64,000 bases of DNA, from contig DATGKN010000164.1 in the NCBI GenBank assembly GCA_035294645.1, forward strand, positions 99-64,098. The letters are read 5' to 3'. Position numbers and translations under genes: made by a program. Below are positions 26,154 to 36,185 of this stretch, piece by piece (position 1 is the stretch's first letter; the number at the start of each line of letters is the position of its first letter). The notes beneath the pieces are model-generated. The model had not been told where the DNA came from and did no database searches. It saw only the letters and a program-made list of their open reading frames with translations. The stretch is from Chloroflexota bacterium. Its GTDB lineage: Bacteria > Chloroflexota > UBA6077 > JAJPHF01.

Positions 26154-26687
26154 CTAGCGCGGTGGTAGCCCCTGCGGCGGCGGGCCCGGTGGCGGACCGC
26201 CCGGCGGTGGGGGAGGAGGCGCGGGATTACCGTTAACGACCATCGGGGCGGGAGGCGCGGGATTAGCGATCAGCTGGGCGGTGAACTGCTGCGCGCGCTG
26301 CAGGATCGTGTCGGCGTCGCTTTGGCTGAGGCGCCCGGCGCTCACCTGCTCGGCGAGCCAGCTCGCCGCGGCGCTGGTCATCGCATTGAGCAGCGTGCTC
26401 TGGTCGATGCCCCGGGCCGCGGCCAGGTCCGCGAGGCTGCGCCCGTTGCGTCCCTCGGCCCACAGTTGTTCCTGCGTGAGCCCGAGCAACGCCAGGGCCG
26501 CCTGCATGCCGGCATCCATGGCCCCTCGGTCGCTTTCCGAGGGCGGCGGGCCCGGGGGCGGGCCGCCCGGGGGGGGCCCGCCGGGGGGAAAGGTGGGGCC
26601 GCCCTGGGCGAGCGCGCTGCCAGCCAGCACTGCCAGGCCTAGCCCGGCGCCCAGCGCCCCCCGTCCGAGCTTGTCGCGGAGCCGCAT
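26154..26687 (-). CDS. Secreted Pro-rich protein with a helical core containing an LTxxQ-like motif (first gene of the exporter cluster)
   Basis: Signal peptide LGLAVLAGSALAQG. N-terminal GGPPPGGPPPGPPP and C-terminal PPPPPPGGPPPGPPPQGLPP tracts. Core ...LLGLTQEQLWAEG... GAGGAGG RBS 7 nt before ATG. Confidence 0.6.
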   Translation of the reverse strand: MRLRDKLGRGALGAGLGLAVLAGSALAQGGPTFPPGGPPPGGPPPGPPPSESDRGAMDAGMQAALALLGLTQEQLWAEGRNGRSLADLAAARGIDQSTLLNAMTSAAASWLAEQVSAGRLSQSDADTILQRAQQFTAQLIANPAPPAPMVVNGNPAPPPPPPGGPPPGPPPQGLPPR

Positions 26688-26946
26688 CGACTAACCTCCT
26701 CGTCGGTCTGCCGGAAGCGCCCTGCCCGCGGGCCGTGGCGAGCTTCCGCGGCTAGGGTAGGCGACGTGTCCGGCGGCGGGCATCGGGCGGCGGGGTAACT
26801 CGCCCCTGATCGGTTTCGGCGGCGATCGCCCTACCCAAATGGGTGAGGCGCGGTCGCCTGTTCGGGGGAGCGCGCGCGGCCCGCGCGGACGATGGGGGAG
26901 ACTGGCCGATGCGCTACGATAGCCGGGTAGCGGACGAGGGGCGGAG

Positions 26947-28953
26947 ATGAGCGACCTGGCGGCAACTCCCGGGCCGCTAGCCGACGAGCGGCAGCGGCGC
27001 ACCCGACTGCTATGGCGGACGCTACCGGTCCTGTGGCTGCCCGCGGTGGCGGCGCTAGTCATGTGGCTGGTGCTGCACGTGGTGTTCGGCTGGCCGCCGG
27101 TCGCCGGCGGCGGCGAGTCTCTCCCCCCCGCCGAGCCCAGCCCGGAGCGGGTGGTGGTGCTCGTACAGGTGCTCCCGCCCGGTTCCGGCACGCCCCCCTC
27201 GCCGCTGCCGCTGCTGCTGGCGCAGCTTCTGGTGCCGCTGCTGCTAGCCGGGTTGCTGCTCGTGCTGCTGCGCGCCGGCCGCACTACCACGGCGGCGTTG
27301 GTGCTGGTGGGGGTGTGGACGCTGTTCTTCACCGTCGGGGTGTTGAGCAGCGGGGTGATGAGTTTCTGGCCGGCGTCGCTTGTGGTGCCGATCTGTGCCG
27401 CGGCGCTGCTGCTGGGGAGTCGGGCCAGCATGGCCCTGGCCGCGCTCGCCACCCTGCTGGTCGTGGGGAGCGTGTGGCTGGAGAGCCACGGTGTGCGCCT
27501 GCACCAGCTGTTCGGGCCTTTGGTGTTTCCCCTGGGGCGGCCGCCTCCTCCGCCCCCCCCCGGGCTGGTGGCGCCGGGCGAGCTCGTCCAGCGGCTGGGT
27601 GCCCCCCCGCCGCCGCTGCTGGAGGCCGGCTACTGGATCGGCCTGTTCTGGACCGTGGCGGCGCTCACCTCCCTGCTGGCCGACAGCCTGCAGCGCGCGC
27701 TGGGCGAGAGCCGCGCCCAGGCCCGCGCCCTGCGCCGGCTGAGCAGCACCCTGGAGCAGCGCGTGGCCGAGCAGACGACCGAGCTGGCGCAGCGCGCCGA
27801 GCGCGCCGAGGCGCTGTACGAGGTGAACCGCGCCCTGACCAGCACCCTCGACCTCCCTACCGTGTTGAACTTGATCGCCGAGCAGGCCGCGCGCCTGCTG
27901 CGCTTCGGGGCCTCGCTGGTCCTGTTGGACCAGGGCCAGCGGCAGTTCGCCCGGGTGGCCGGCTACCGCGAGCCCGCCGGGGTGGTCCCGGCGCTGGCCG
28001 CCCACGATGTGGCGCTGGCGCGCGTCTGCCACGAACGCCAGCCGGGAGTGATCGCCCTGGGGCCACCAGACTTGCCGACGCCGCTGGACGCGCTCGCGCT
28101 GCCCCTGCGCTATGGCACTGAGGTCAGTGGCGTGCTGGTGTTGGTCGATCGGGCGCGCGGCGCCGCGCTGGGGCCCGACGACCTGGCATTGGCCGAGGGC
28201 TTCGCCGATCAGGCGGCAGTGGCGATCGCCAACGCCCGCTTGCTCCACCAGGTGCGCGAGGCCGCCACGCTGGAGGAGCGCGCGCGGCTGGCCCGCGAGA
28301 TCCACGACGCGCTCGCCCAGGGCCTCACCGGCATCGTGGTCCAGCTCGGCGCGCTCGAGCGGGCCCTGGCGCGGGCACCCGGCGAGGCGGCCCGCCATCT
28401 GGAGCTGGCCCAGCGAATGGCGCGCGAGGCGCTGGCCGAGGCGCGGCGCTCGGTGTGGAACCTCCGCTCGCCCTTGCTGGAGCGCGGCGACCTGGGCGAC
28501 GCGCTGCGCAGCCTCGCCGCGCGCCCGCCGCAACCGGGTATCGCCGCCCACTTCACCCAGCGGGGCACGCCGTGGCCGCTGGCGGCTGCGGCGGAGGGCG
28601 CGCTGCTCCGCGTGGCGCAGGAGGCGCTGGCCAACGTGGCCAAGCACGCCCAGGCCACGGCAGTCGCTATGACCCTGGAGTATGCCCCGGAGGGCGTTCG
28701 GCTCGTCGTGCAGGACAATGGCGTCGGGTTCCCCGCCGGGGTGCTGGACCAGCAACGCGACGGCGACTTGCCGTGGGGCGGCTTCGGCCTGCGGGGAATG
28801 CGCGAGCGGCTGCAGGCGCTCGGCGGCTGTCTGGAGCTGACCAACGCGGGGGGCGCTCGGGTGGTCGCCACGGTCCCCCGAGCGGCGGCGCAGCAGCCCG
28901 CCCGGCTGCTGGCGGGCGCGGGGGCAAGTCGCCTGAACGGGGAGGAGGCGTGA
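26947..28953 (+). CDS. Polytopic membrane sensor histidine kinase with GAF domain and HisKA_3 dimerisation domain (NarL-partner type)
   Basis: About 8 predicted TM helices in the first 300 aa. GAF-like region. HisKA_3 H-box ERARLAREIHDALAQGLTGIVVQL. ATPase G-boxes (DNGVGFPAG...GGFGLRGMRERLQALGG). Divergent from the exporter cluster. Confidence 0.8.
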   Translation: MSDLAATPGPLADERQRRTRLLWRTLPVLWLPAVAALVMWLVLHVVFGWPPVAGGGESLPPAEPSPERVVVLVQVLPPGSGTPPSPLPLLLAQLLVPLLLAGLLLVLLRAGRTTTAALVLVGVWTLFFTVGVLSSGVMSFWPASLVVPICAAALLLGSRASMALAALATLLVVGSVWLESHGVRLHQLFGPLVFPLGRPPPPPPPGLVAPGELVQRLGAPPPPLLEAGYWIGLFWTVAALTSLLADSLQRALGESRAQARALRRLSSTLEQRVAEQTTELAQRAERAEALYEVNRALTSTLDLPTVLNLIAEQAARLLRFGASLVLLDQGQRQFARVAGYREPAGVVPALAAHDVALARVCHERQPGVIALGPPDLPTPLDALALPLRYGTEVSGVLVLVDRARGAALGPDDLALAEGFADQAAVAIANARLLHQVREAATLEERARLAREIHDALAQGLTGIVVQLGALERALARAPGEAARHLELAQRMAREALAEARRSVWNLRSPLLERGDLGDALRSLAARPPQPGIAAHFTQRGTPWPLAAAAEGALLRVAQEALANVAKHAQATAVAMTLEYAPEGVRLVVQDNGVGFPAGVLDQQRDGDLPWGGFGLRGMRERLQALGGCLELTNAGGARVVATVPRAAAQQPARLLAGAGASRLNGEEA

Positions 28954-29573
28954 TGCGCGTGCTGGTCGTCGACGACCATCCGGTCGTGCGCCAGGGGCTC
29001 ATAGCTATTCTCCAGTTCGAGCCCGACATCGAGCTGGTCGGCGAGGCGGCCGACGGCCGCGAGGCCGTGCGGCTCATCCTAGAGCGGCGGCCCGACGTGG
29101 TGCTGCTCGACCTCCGGCTGCCCGAGCTGAGCGGGGTGGAGGTGATGCGCGCGGTCCGCCCGCAGGCGCCGGAGGTCCGCTTCCTGGTGCTGACCACCTA
29201 CGACACCGAGATGTACATCGCCCCCGCCCTCGCCGCCGGGGCGCGCGGCTACCTCCTGAAAGACGCCGCGCCCGACGAGCTGGTGCGCGGGGTGCGAGCG
29301 GTCATGGAGGGCCGCGCGGCCCTGGAGCCGTCCGTCGCCGCGCGCCTGCTCGACCGCATGGCCGAGCCGGAGGGGGGCGAGCTGTCGGAGCGGGAGCGCG
29401 AGGTGCTGGGGCTGTTGGTGCGCGGCGCCAGCAACAAAGGCATCGCCCACCAGCTCGGGCTATCCGAGAACACCGTCAAGGCCCACGTGGCGCACATCTT
29501 CAACAAGCTGGGCGTGCAGAGCCGCGCCGAGGCGGTGGCCGTGGCGCTCCAGCGCGGGCTGGTCGATCCGTGA
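28953..29573 (+). CDS. NarL/FixJ-family response regulator (REC + LuxR-type HTH)
   Basis: MRVLVVDDHPVVRQGL...VVLLDLRLPELSG...; LuxR HTH LSEREREVLGLLVRGASNKGIAHQLGLSENTVKAHV. ATG overlaps the kinase stop (TGATG). Confidence 0.9.
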   Translation: MRVLVVDDHPVVRQGLIAILQFEPDIELVGEAADGREAVRLILERRPDVVLLDLRLPELSGVEVMRAVRPQAPEVRFLVLTTYDTEMYIAPALAAGARGYLLKDAAPDELVRGVRAVMEGRAALEPSVAARLLDRMAEPEGGELSEREREVLGLLVRGASNKGIAHQLGLSENTVKAHVAHIFNKLGVQSRAEAVAVALQRGLVDP

Positions 29574-29629
29574 CCGCCGGGGCTCTCGCCGCCCGCCCCT
29601 GGGCGCCCGCTGGGCGAACAACGGCTCTG

Positions 29630-30409
29630 CTAGAAGAACGGCCAGGGGCGCCGGTAGTAGTCGAGCGGCGGGTAGCGCCCGCTGGTGGCGATCTGCTCGG
29701 CGCGGGCAAAGAACGCCCGCACCTCCGCCCGCGCGAGTAGCTCGCCGAGCTGGGCTTGGAGCGTGTCGCGCCGCGGCACGTCGCCGAGCAGCGCGCGCAG
29801 GTCGCGCAGGAACGGCGGCGGGATCGGCTCGCGGTAGAACTCGTACAGCACGGTGCGCAGCTTGGCCTGCTGGTGGAACGTCAGCCCGTGGTCGATGCCC
29901 CAGATGTGCCCGTCCACCGCGACCAGGCAGTGGCCGCCCTTGCGATCGGCGTTGTTGGTGATCAGGTCGAACAGGGCGATGCAGGCGAGTTGCTGGCGCT
30001 GCGCGGGGGTCAGCTCGCGGCGGCCGGGCAGGTCGGCGGTCTCCACGAACAGCTGCACCGAGCCGATGCCGTGCGGCCCATCGCGGATGATGGTCAGCGG
30101 CACGATGTCCCAGCCGAGCGCGCGGGCGGTGAGGTAGGCGGCGCGCTCGCGGCGGTACAGCGTGCCGTCGGGGAAGTCCCACAGTGGCGCCTCGCCGCGC
30201 CGCGGCTTGTACACCGCCAGGCACTCGGGTGCACCCTGGCGGCCCAGCGCCACCAGGTAGGTGTAGTTCGAGCCCCAGGGGATCAGCTCGCAGCTCAGGA
30301 TCTCGCCCTCGGTGAGCACGGCGAGCGCGTCTTGCTCGTTGGCCGGCTTGGGCACGGGGGGCCGCGGCTCCGGATCGCGTCCTCCCCGGTCGAGCCACCG
30401 CTGCGCCAT
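29630..30409 (-). CDS. Uncharacterised protein, possibly SCO1664-family (PI3/PI4-kinase-like fold)
   Basis: ...ILSCELIPWGSNYTYLVAL...AVYKPRRGEAPLWDFPDGTLYRRERAAYLTARALGWDIVP...LITNNADRKGGHCL... resembles the actinobacterial SCO1664 family as I recall it. The assignment is tentative. Confidence 0.4.
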   Translation of the reverse strand: MAQRWLDRGGRDPEPRPPVPKPANEQDALAVLTEGEILSCELIPWGSNYTYLVALGRQGAPECLAVYKPRRGEAPLWDFPDGTLYRRERAAYLTARALGWDIVPLTIIRDGPHGIGSVQLFVETADLPGRRELTPAQRQQLACIALFDLITNNADRKGGHCLVAVDGHIWGIDHGLTFHQQAKLRTVLYEFYREPIPPPFLRDLRALLGDVPRRDTLQAQLGELLARAEVRAFFARAEQIATSGRYPPLDYYRRPWPFF

Positions 30410-30485
30410 AGCCCTCCACCCAGGCCCCCGCGCCTCTTCGCGTTCCCCCCAACGCCGCGGAGGGGGGCGACGCGGGGACAGTGCC

Positions 30486-31901
30486 TTAGAGCCCGCTGAC
30501 CATCAGCTTCGCCATGCGGAAGGTGGGCGCCGCCGTGGCCGAGCGGAACTCCAGGTCATCGCCCACCATGTCGATATCCCGCAGCATGGTGGACAGGTTG
30601 CCCGAGACGTTGATCTCGCTCACTGGATACACTAGCTCGCCGTGCTCGATCCACAGCCCGGCGGCCCCCTGCGAGAAGTCGCCGGTGGTGATGTTCCAGC
30701 CGAACCCCATGGTCTCCGTCAAGTACAGGCCGTGGTCCACCGAGGCGATGATCTCGCGCGGGGTGTGGGGCCCGGCGGCCAGGTACAGGTTGGTGGTGCC
30801 GGGCGCCGGCGTGCTGCCGACGCCGCGGACGGCGCTGGCGGTCGTCTGGCGGCCGGTCTTGCGCGCCGAGTAGGTGTCCAGCAGGAACTGCTGGAACACG
30901 CCGTCCACGATCACCGCGTTGCGCCGCGCCGTGGCGCCCTCGCCATCGAACGGCCGGCTGCGCAGGCGCCCGGGCAGCGTGGGATCGTCGACGATCGTGA
31001 CCAGCGGCGAGGCGACCTGCTCGCCCTCGCGATCGAGCAGGAACGTGGCGCGCCGGTACAGCGCGTCGCCTAGGAACGCCCGCGCCAGGTGGCCCAGGAA
31101 CGCCCGCGCCACCATCGGGTCCCATACCACCGGCACCTGCTGCGTGCGCACCTTGCGCGCGCCCAGCTTGCGCACCGCGCGCTCGGCCGCCCGGCGCCCT
31201 ACCAGTTCCGGCGGCTCCAGGTCAGCGACGGCGCGCGCGGCGGTGTACCAGTAGTCGTTGCGCTTCTTGCCGTCGGCGTCGTCGCAGATCGCCTCCACGG
31301 CCAGCGAGCACAGCGTGCCCGTGTAGTGGCCCGCGAAGCCGCGGCTGTTGACCAGCACGCGGCTGCCGCGCTCGCTGCTGTAGGTGGCGCCGTCGCTGTT
31401 GGTCACGCGGGGGTCGTAGTCGAACGCCGCCTGCTCGCAGCGCCGCGCCAGCTCGACGGCCTGCTCGACTGTCACCGCGGCCACCGCCGGATCGAAGCTG
31501 GCCAGGTCGGTGGGCTGCGGGGGCGCCCACGCCTCGGGATCGGGCAGGTCGGCGAGCGGGTCCGGGTCGGCGACCGCCGCCAGGGCGAGCGCCTGCTCCA
31601 CCAGCCGCGCTAGGGCGTCGGGCGCGAGATCCGAGGTGTAGGTCACCGCGCAGCGCCCGCCGCGGAACACCCGCAGGCCCAGGCCGCACGCCGCCGCCTC
31701 CTGGAGCTTCTCCACCTGCCCGCGGCGCACGGTGACCGCGAACTCGAGCCCACTGTCGAGCACCACGTCAGCGGCGTCGGCGCCGCCCCGCCGCGCGAGC
31801 TGCACCACGTGCTCGGCGAGCGCCAGGTGCTGCTCCACCTGCCGTGCCAGCGCCGCCGCGTCCGCGACGCCAACTTGGGGGTCGATCTCCCGCACGCTCA
31901 C
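30486..31901 (-). CDS. pmbA: TldE/PmbA-family metalloprotease
   Basis: PmbA/TldE family similarity over the full length. 4-nt overlap with the upstream tldD. Confidence 0.8.
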   Translation of the reverse strand: MSVREIDPQVGVADAAALARQVEQHLALAEHVVQLARRGGADAADVVLDSGLEFAVTVRRGQVEKLQEAAACGLGLRVFRGGRCAVTYTSDLAPDALARLVEQALALAAVADPDPLADLPDPEAWAPPQPTDLASFDPAVAAVTVEQAVELARRCEQAAFDYDPRVTNSDGATYSSERGSRVLVNSRGFAGHYTGTLCSLAVEAICDDADGKKRNDYWYTAARAVADLEPPELVGRRAAERAVRKLGARKVRTQQVPVVWDPMVARAFLGHLARAFLGDALYRRATFLLDREGEQVASPLVTIVDDPTLPGRLRSRPFDGEGATARRNAVIVDGVFQQFLLDTYSARKTGRQTTASAVRGVGSTPAPGTTNLYLAAGPHTPREIIASVDHGLYLTETMGFGWNITTGDFSQGAAGLWIEHGELVYPVSEINVSGNLSTMLRDIDMVGDDLEFRSATAAPTFRMAKLMVSGL

Positions 31902-33394
31902 AGCTGCGTCCCCCCGACCGTCATCTCCGAGACGAGCACGGTGGGCATGCCCACTCCCACCGGCACGCTCTGGCCCTCCTTGCCGCAGGTCCAGCGCCCG
32001 TCGCTGAGCTTCAGGTCGTGGCCGACCATGGTCACCTTGGACAGCGTGTCGGGCCCGTTGCCGATCAGCGTCACGTTGCGCACCGGCGCGGTGAGCCGGC
32101 CGCTCTCGATAAGGTACGCCTCGCTGACCGTGAACACGAAGTCGCCGTTGCTGATGTTCACCTGGCCGCCGCTGTAGGCGACGCAGTACAGCCCGCGCGC
32201 CACGGCGCGGATGATGTCCTCCGGCGCCGAATCGCCCGGCAGCAGGTAGGTGTTGGTCATGCGCGGCATCGGCAGGTGGCGGAACGACTCGCGGCGCCCG
32301 TTGCCCGACGGTGCCACGCCGAAGTGCCGCGCGCTGAGGTGGTCCTGCATGTAGCCCTGCAGCACGCCGTCGGCGATCAGCACGTTGCGGCCCGCCGGGT
32401 GGCCCTCGTCATCGATATTGATGCTGCCGCGGCTGTGGGCCAGCGTGCCGTCGTCGACTACCGTGCACAAGGGCGAGGCCACCCGCTGGCCGACGCGCCC
32501 GCTGTAGGTGCTGGTCTGCTTGCGGTTGAAGTCGGCCTCCAGGCCGTGGCCGACCGCCTCGTGCAGCAGGATGCCCGAGTCGCCGGCCGCCAGCACCACC
32601 GGCAGCACGCCCGCGGGCGCCTCCACGGCGTCGTGCAGCAGCACCGCCTGCCGCGCCGCCTCGCGCGCCAGCTCCTCGGGCGGGTGGCTGGCGAAGTACT
32701 CCAGCCCGCAGCGGCCGCCGCCGCCCTGCACCGCCGTCTGCCGGCTGCGACCGCGCTCCGAGAGGCACTGCACGCTGAAGCGCAGCATCGGCTGCACGTC
32801 GCCGGCTAGCCGGCCGTCGCTGGTGGCGATCAGCACGTAGCGCTGCTCGTCGGCCAGCGACACCACCACGCGGGTGACGCTCGGGTCGTAGGCGCGCGCG
32901 GCGGCGTCGGCGCGCTGGAGCAGCGCGACCTTCTCGGCGGCGGGCACGGCGATCGATGGCCGCTCCACCGGGTAGCGGTTGGGTACGTCGAGCGGGGTGA
33001 CGTCCACCGGGGGCGCCTGGCGCGCCGCCTGGGCGATGCGCGCGGCGGTGCGCGCCGCCTGGCGCATGCGCTCGCTCGTCAGCTCCTCGGTGTAGGCGTA
33101 GCCCGTGGCCTCGCCGTGCAGCACGCGCACGCCGAGGCCCTGCACAACGCCGCCCGTGGCGCGCTTGACCGCCTGCTCCTCGAACAACAGACTGGCGGTC
33201 TCGCGATACTCGAAGTAGAGGTCGGCGTAGTCGCCGCCCTGGCTGAGGGCCAGCCCGAGCAGCTCCTCCAGCACGCGCTCGTCGATGCCGAAGCGCGCGG
33301 CGAAGAAGGCGGCCGCCGGGTGGCGGGTGGTCGGCGTGGGGGTGGCGCTCACGATCGGCTCTCCCTGTGGCCCACGGTGGGGGCCCGTCCTCAC
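31898..33394 (-). CDS. tldD: TldD-family metalloprotease
   Basis: HExxxH zinc motif in TldD context (LLHEAVGHGLEADF). Family-typical length. The true start may be an internal GTG. Confidence 0.85.
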   Translation of the reverse strand: MRTGPHRGPQGEPIVSATPTPTTRHPAAAFFAARFGIDERVLEELLGLALSQGGDYADLYFEYRETASLLFEEQAVKRATGGVVQGLGVRVLHGEATGYAYTEELTSERMRQAARTAARIAQAARQAPPVDVTPLDVPNRYPVERPSIAVPAAEKVALLQRADAAARAYDPSVTRVVVSLADEQRYVLIATSDGRLAGDVQPMLRFSVQCLSERGRSRQTAVQGGGGRCGLEYFASHPPEELAREAARQAVLLHDAVEAPAGVLPVVLAAGDSGILLHEAVGHGLEADFNRKQTSTYSGRVGQRVASPLCTVVDDGTLAHSRGSINIDDEGHPAGRNVLIADGVLQGYMQDHLSARHFGVAPSGNGRRESFRHLPMPRMTNTYLLPGDSAPEDIIRAVARGLYCVAYSGGQVNISNGDFVFTVSEAYLIESGRLTAPVRNVTLIGNGPDTLSKVTMVGHDLKLSDGRWTCGKEGQSVPVGVGMPTVLVSEMTVGGTQL

Positions 33395-33471
33395 TATAGC
33401 ATGCGGCCGGGCGGCGCCCCGGCGGCGCGCTGGTCGTCGGGCGCGGGAACCGGGTGGTATACTGAGCGCCG

Positions 33472-34743
33472 TTGACGCAAGCTGGAAAGCGAGGCGGAGT
33501 CGTGGGTGGCCGAGTGGTGATCACGGGGATGGGGGCGGTGACCCCGCTGGGGCTCGACGTGCCGAGCACGTGGGAGGCGCTGGTGGCCGGGCGCAGCGGC
33601 GTCGGGCCGATCACCCGCTTCGACCCGAGCGGCTACCGCGTGCGGATCGCCGCCGAGGTCAAGGGGTTCGACCCAGAGCCCCTGCTGGGCAAGAAGGAGG
33701 CGCGGCGCACCGACCGCTTCGTGCAGATGGCGCTGGCCGCCACGCGCGAGGCGCTGGCCGACGCCCGGTTGACCATCGACGACTCCAACCGCACCGAGGT
33801 GGGGGTACTGGTGGGCAGCGGCATCGGCGGCATCGAGACGCTGGGTCGCGAGATCGAGGTGCTGCGCACCAAAGGCCCCGACCGCGTGAGCCCGTTCTTG
33901 GTGCCGATGTACATCATCGACCTGGCGCCCGGCATCATCGCCATCCACACCGGCGCCCAGGGGCCGAACTTCTCGGCCGTGTCGGCTTGCTCGACCAGCG
34001 CGCACTGCGTGGGCGAGGCGGCCGAGATCATCCGCCGCGGCGACGCCAAGGTGATGATCGCCGGCGGTTCCGAGGCGGGCATCACCCCCATCGGGGTGGC
34101 CGGGTTCTCCGCCATGCGCGCGCTGAGCGAGCGCAACGACGCGCCGACCCGCGCCAGCCGCCCGTTCGACGCCGAGCGCGACGGCTTCGTGATGGGCGAG
34201 GGCGCCGGCATCGTCATCTTGGAAGACCTGGACTACGCGCGCGAGCGCGGGGCGCGCATCTACGCCGAGCTGCTGGGCTACGGGCAGAGCGATGACGCCT
34301 ACCACATCACCGCGCCCTCGGAGGGCGGCGAGGGCGCGGTGCGCGCCATGCAGATGGCGCTGCGCAAGGCGCGGCTGGCCCCCCACGAGATAGATTATGT
34401 CAATGCCCACGGTACGTCGACGCCGCTCAACGACAAGCTGGAGACGCAGGCGCTGAAGACGGTATTCGGCAAGGCCGCGGCCGATATCCCCGTGAGTTCC
34501 ACCAAGTCGATGACCGGCCACCTGCTGGGCGCCGCTGGGGTGGTCGAGCTGATCGTCTGCGTGCTGGCCGTGCGCGACCAGTGCGTGCCGCCCACGATCA
34601 ACTACGAGCATCCGGACCCGGAGTGCGACCTCGACTACGTGCCCAACGTGGCGCGCCGGCGCCGCGTGGACGTGGCGCTATCGAACGCCTTCGGGTTCGG
34701 CGGCCACAACACCACGCTCATCGTTGGGCGCTACACGGGCTAG
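33472..34743 (+). CDS. fabF: 3-oxoacyl-ACP synthase II
   Basis: VVITGMGAVTPLG..., active-site region SAVSACSTSAHCVGEA, ...YVNAHGTSTPLNDKLE..., GFGGHNTTLI. Confidence 0.9.
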   Translation: MTQAGKRGGVVGGRVVITGMGAVTPLGLDVPSTWEALVAGRSGVGPITRFDPSGYRVRIAAEVKGFDPEPLLGKKEARRTDRFVQMALAATREALADARLTIDDSNRTEVGVLVGSGIGGIETLGREIEVLRTKGPDRVSPFLVPMYIIDLAPGIIAIHTGAQGPNFSAVSACSTSAHCVGEAAEIIRRGDAKVMIAGGSEAGITPIGVAGFSAMRALSERNDAPTRASRPFDAERDGFVMGEGAGIVILEDLDYARERGARIYAELLGYGQSDDAYHITAPSEGGEGAVRAMQMALRKARLAPHEIDYVNAHGTSTPLNDKLETQALKTVFGKAAADIPVSSTKSMTGHLLGAAGVVELIVCVLAVRDQCVPPTINYEHPDPECDLDYVPNVARRRRVDVALSNAFGFGGHNTTLIVGRYTG

Positions 34744-34748
34744 GCGGC

Positions 34749-35185
34749 GTGCGGGAGGAGAGCGACTGGACGGCCACCGTGCGCGCCCTGCTCACCGCGT
34801 TGCGCGATACCGACGTGGTAGAGCTCCGCTACGCGCGGCCGGGGCTGCGCCTGCGGTTGCGGCGCCGGCCCGCGGCGGGGGGGGATGTAGCGGAGGGGGC
34901 CGGGGCGACTGCGGCGGCCCCTGAAGCGCTGCACCCGCTGGGCGCGCCGCTCACGGGGGTGTTCTACCGCGCGCCCGCGCCGGACGCGGAGCCGTACGTG
35001 CGCGAGGGCGAGTGGGTGGAGGCGGGCCGGGTGGTCGGGTTGATCGAGGCGATGAAGGTGTTCAACGAGGTGCAGGCCGACGTGGCCGGCCGCGTGGTGC
35101 GCTTCCTGGCGGCGTCCGGCCAGCTCGTGCAGCAGGGCGCGCCGCTGCTGTACCTCGATCCCCGCGCCCGCCCGGAGGAGAGCGC

Positions 35186-35189
<4 letters not shown>
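34749..35189 (+). CDS. accB: Biotin carboxyl carrier protein (biotinyl-domain protein)
   Basis: C-terminal biotinyl domain with EAMKVFNEV (biotinyl-Lys in EAMK). In-frame GTG at 34749, 3 nt after the fabF stop. 4-nt overlap with fabH. Confidence 0.7.
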
Positions 35190-36178
<989 letters not shown>

Positions 36179-36185
36179 AGCCGAG

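Noticed and set aside
24132-26168. Plus-strand ORFs across the adaptor gene (24132..24449, 24507..26168, 24577..25998) with LGLGLG / RGRGRG-like translations
   Set aside because: They are read-through of the diverged tandem repeats in non-coding frames. The minus-strand frame gives a coherent HlyD-family protein.
23280-26687. Possibility that the GPP-rich tracts are collagen-like triple-helix repeats
   Set aside because: The tracts have a five-residue (GxPPP) period and are short. They lack a continuous Gly-X-Y register, so they are not collagen-like.
27244-28755. 503-aa minus-strand ORF and several plus-strand shadow ORFs inside the HisKA_3 kinase gene
   Set aside because: No motifs. The plus-strand kinase frame has TM helices, an H-box and G-boxes.
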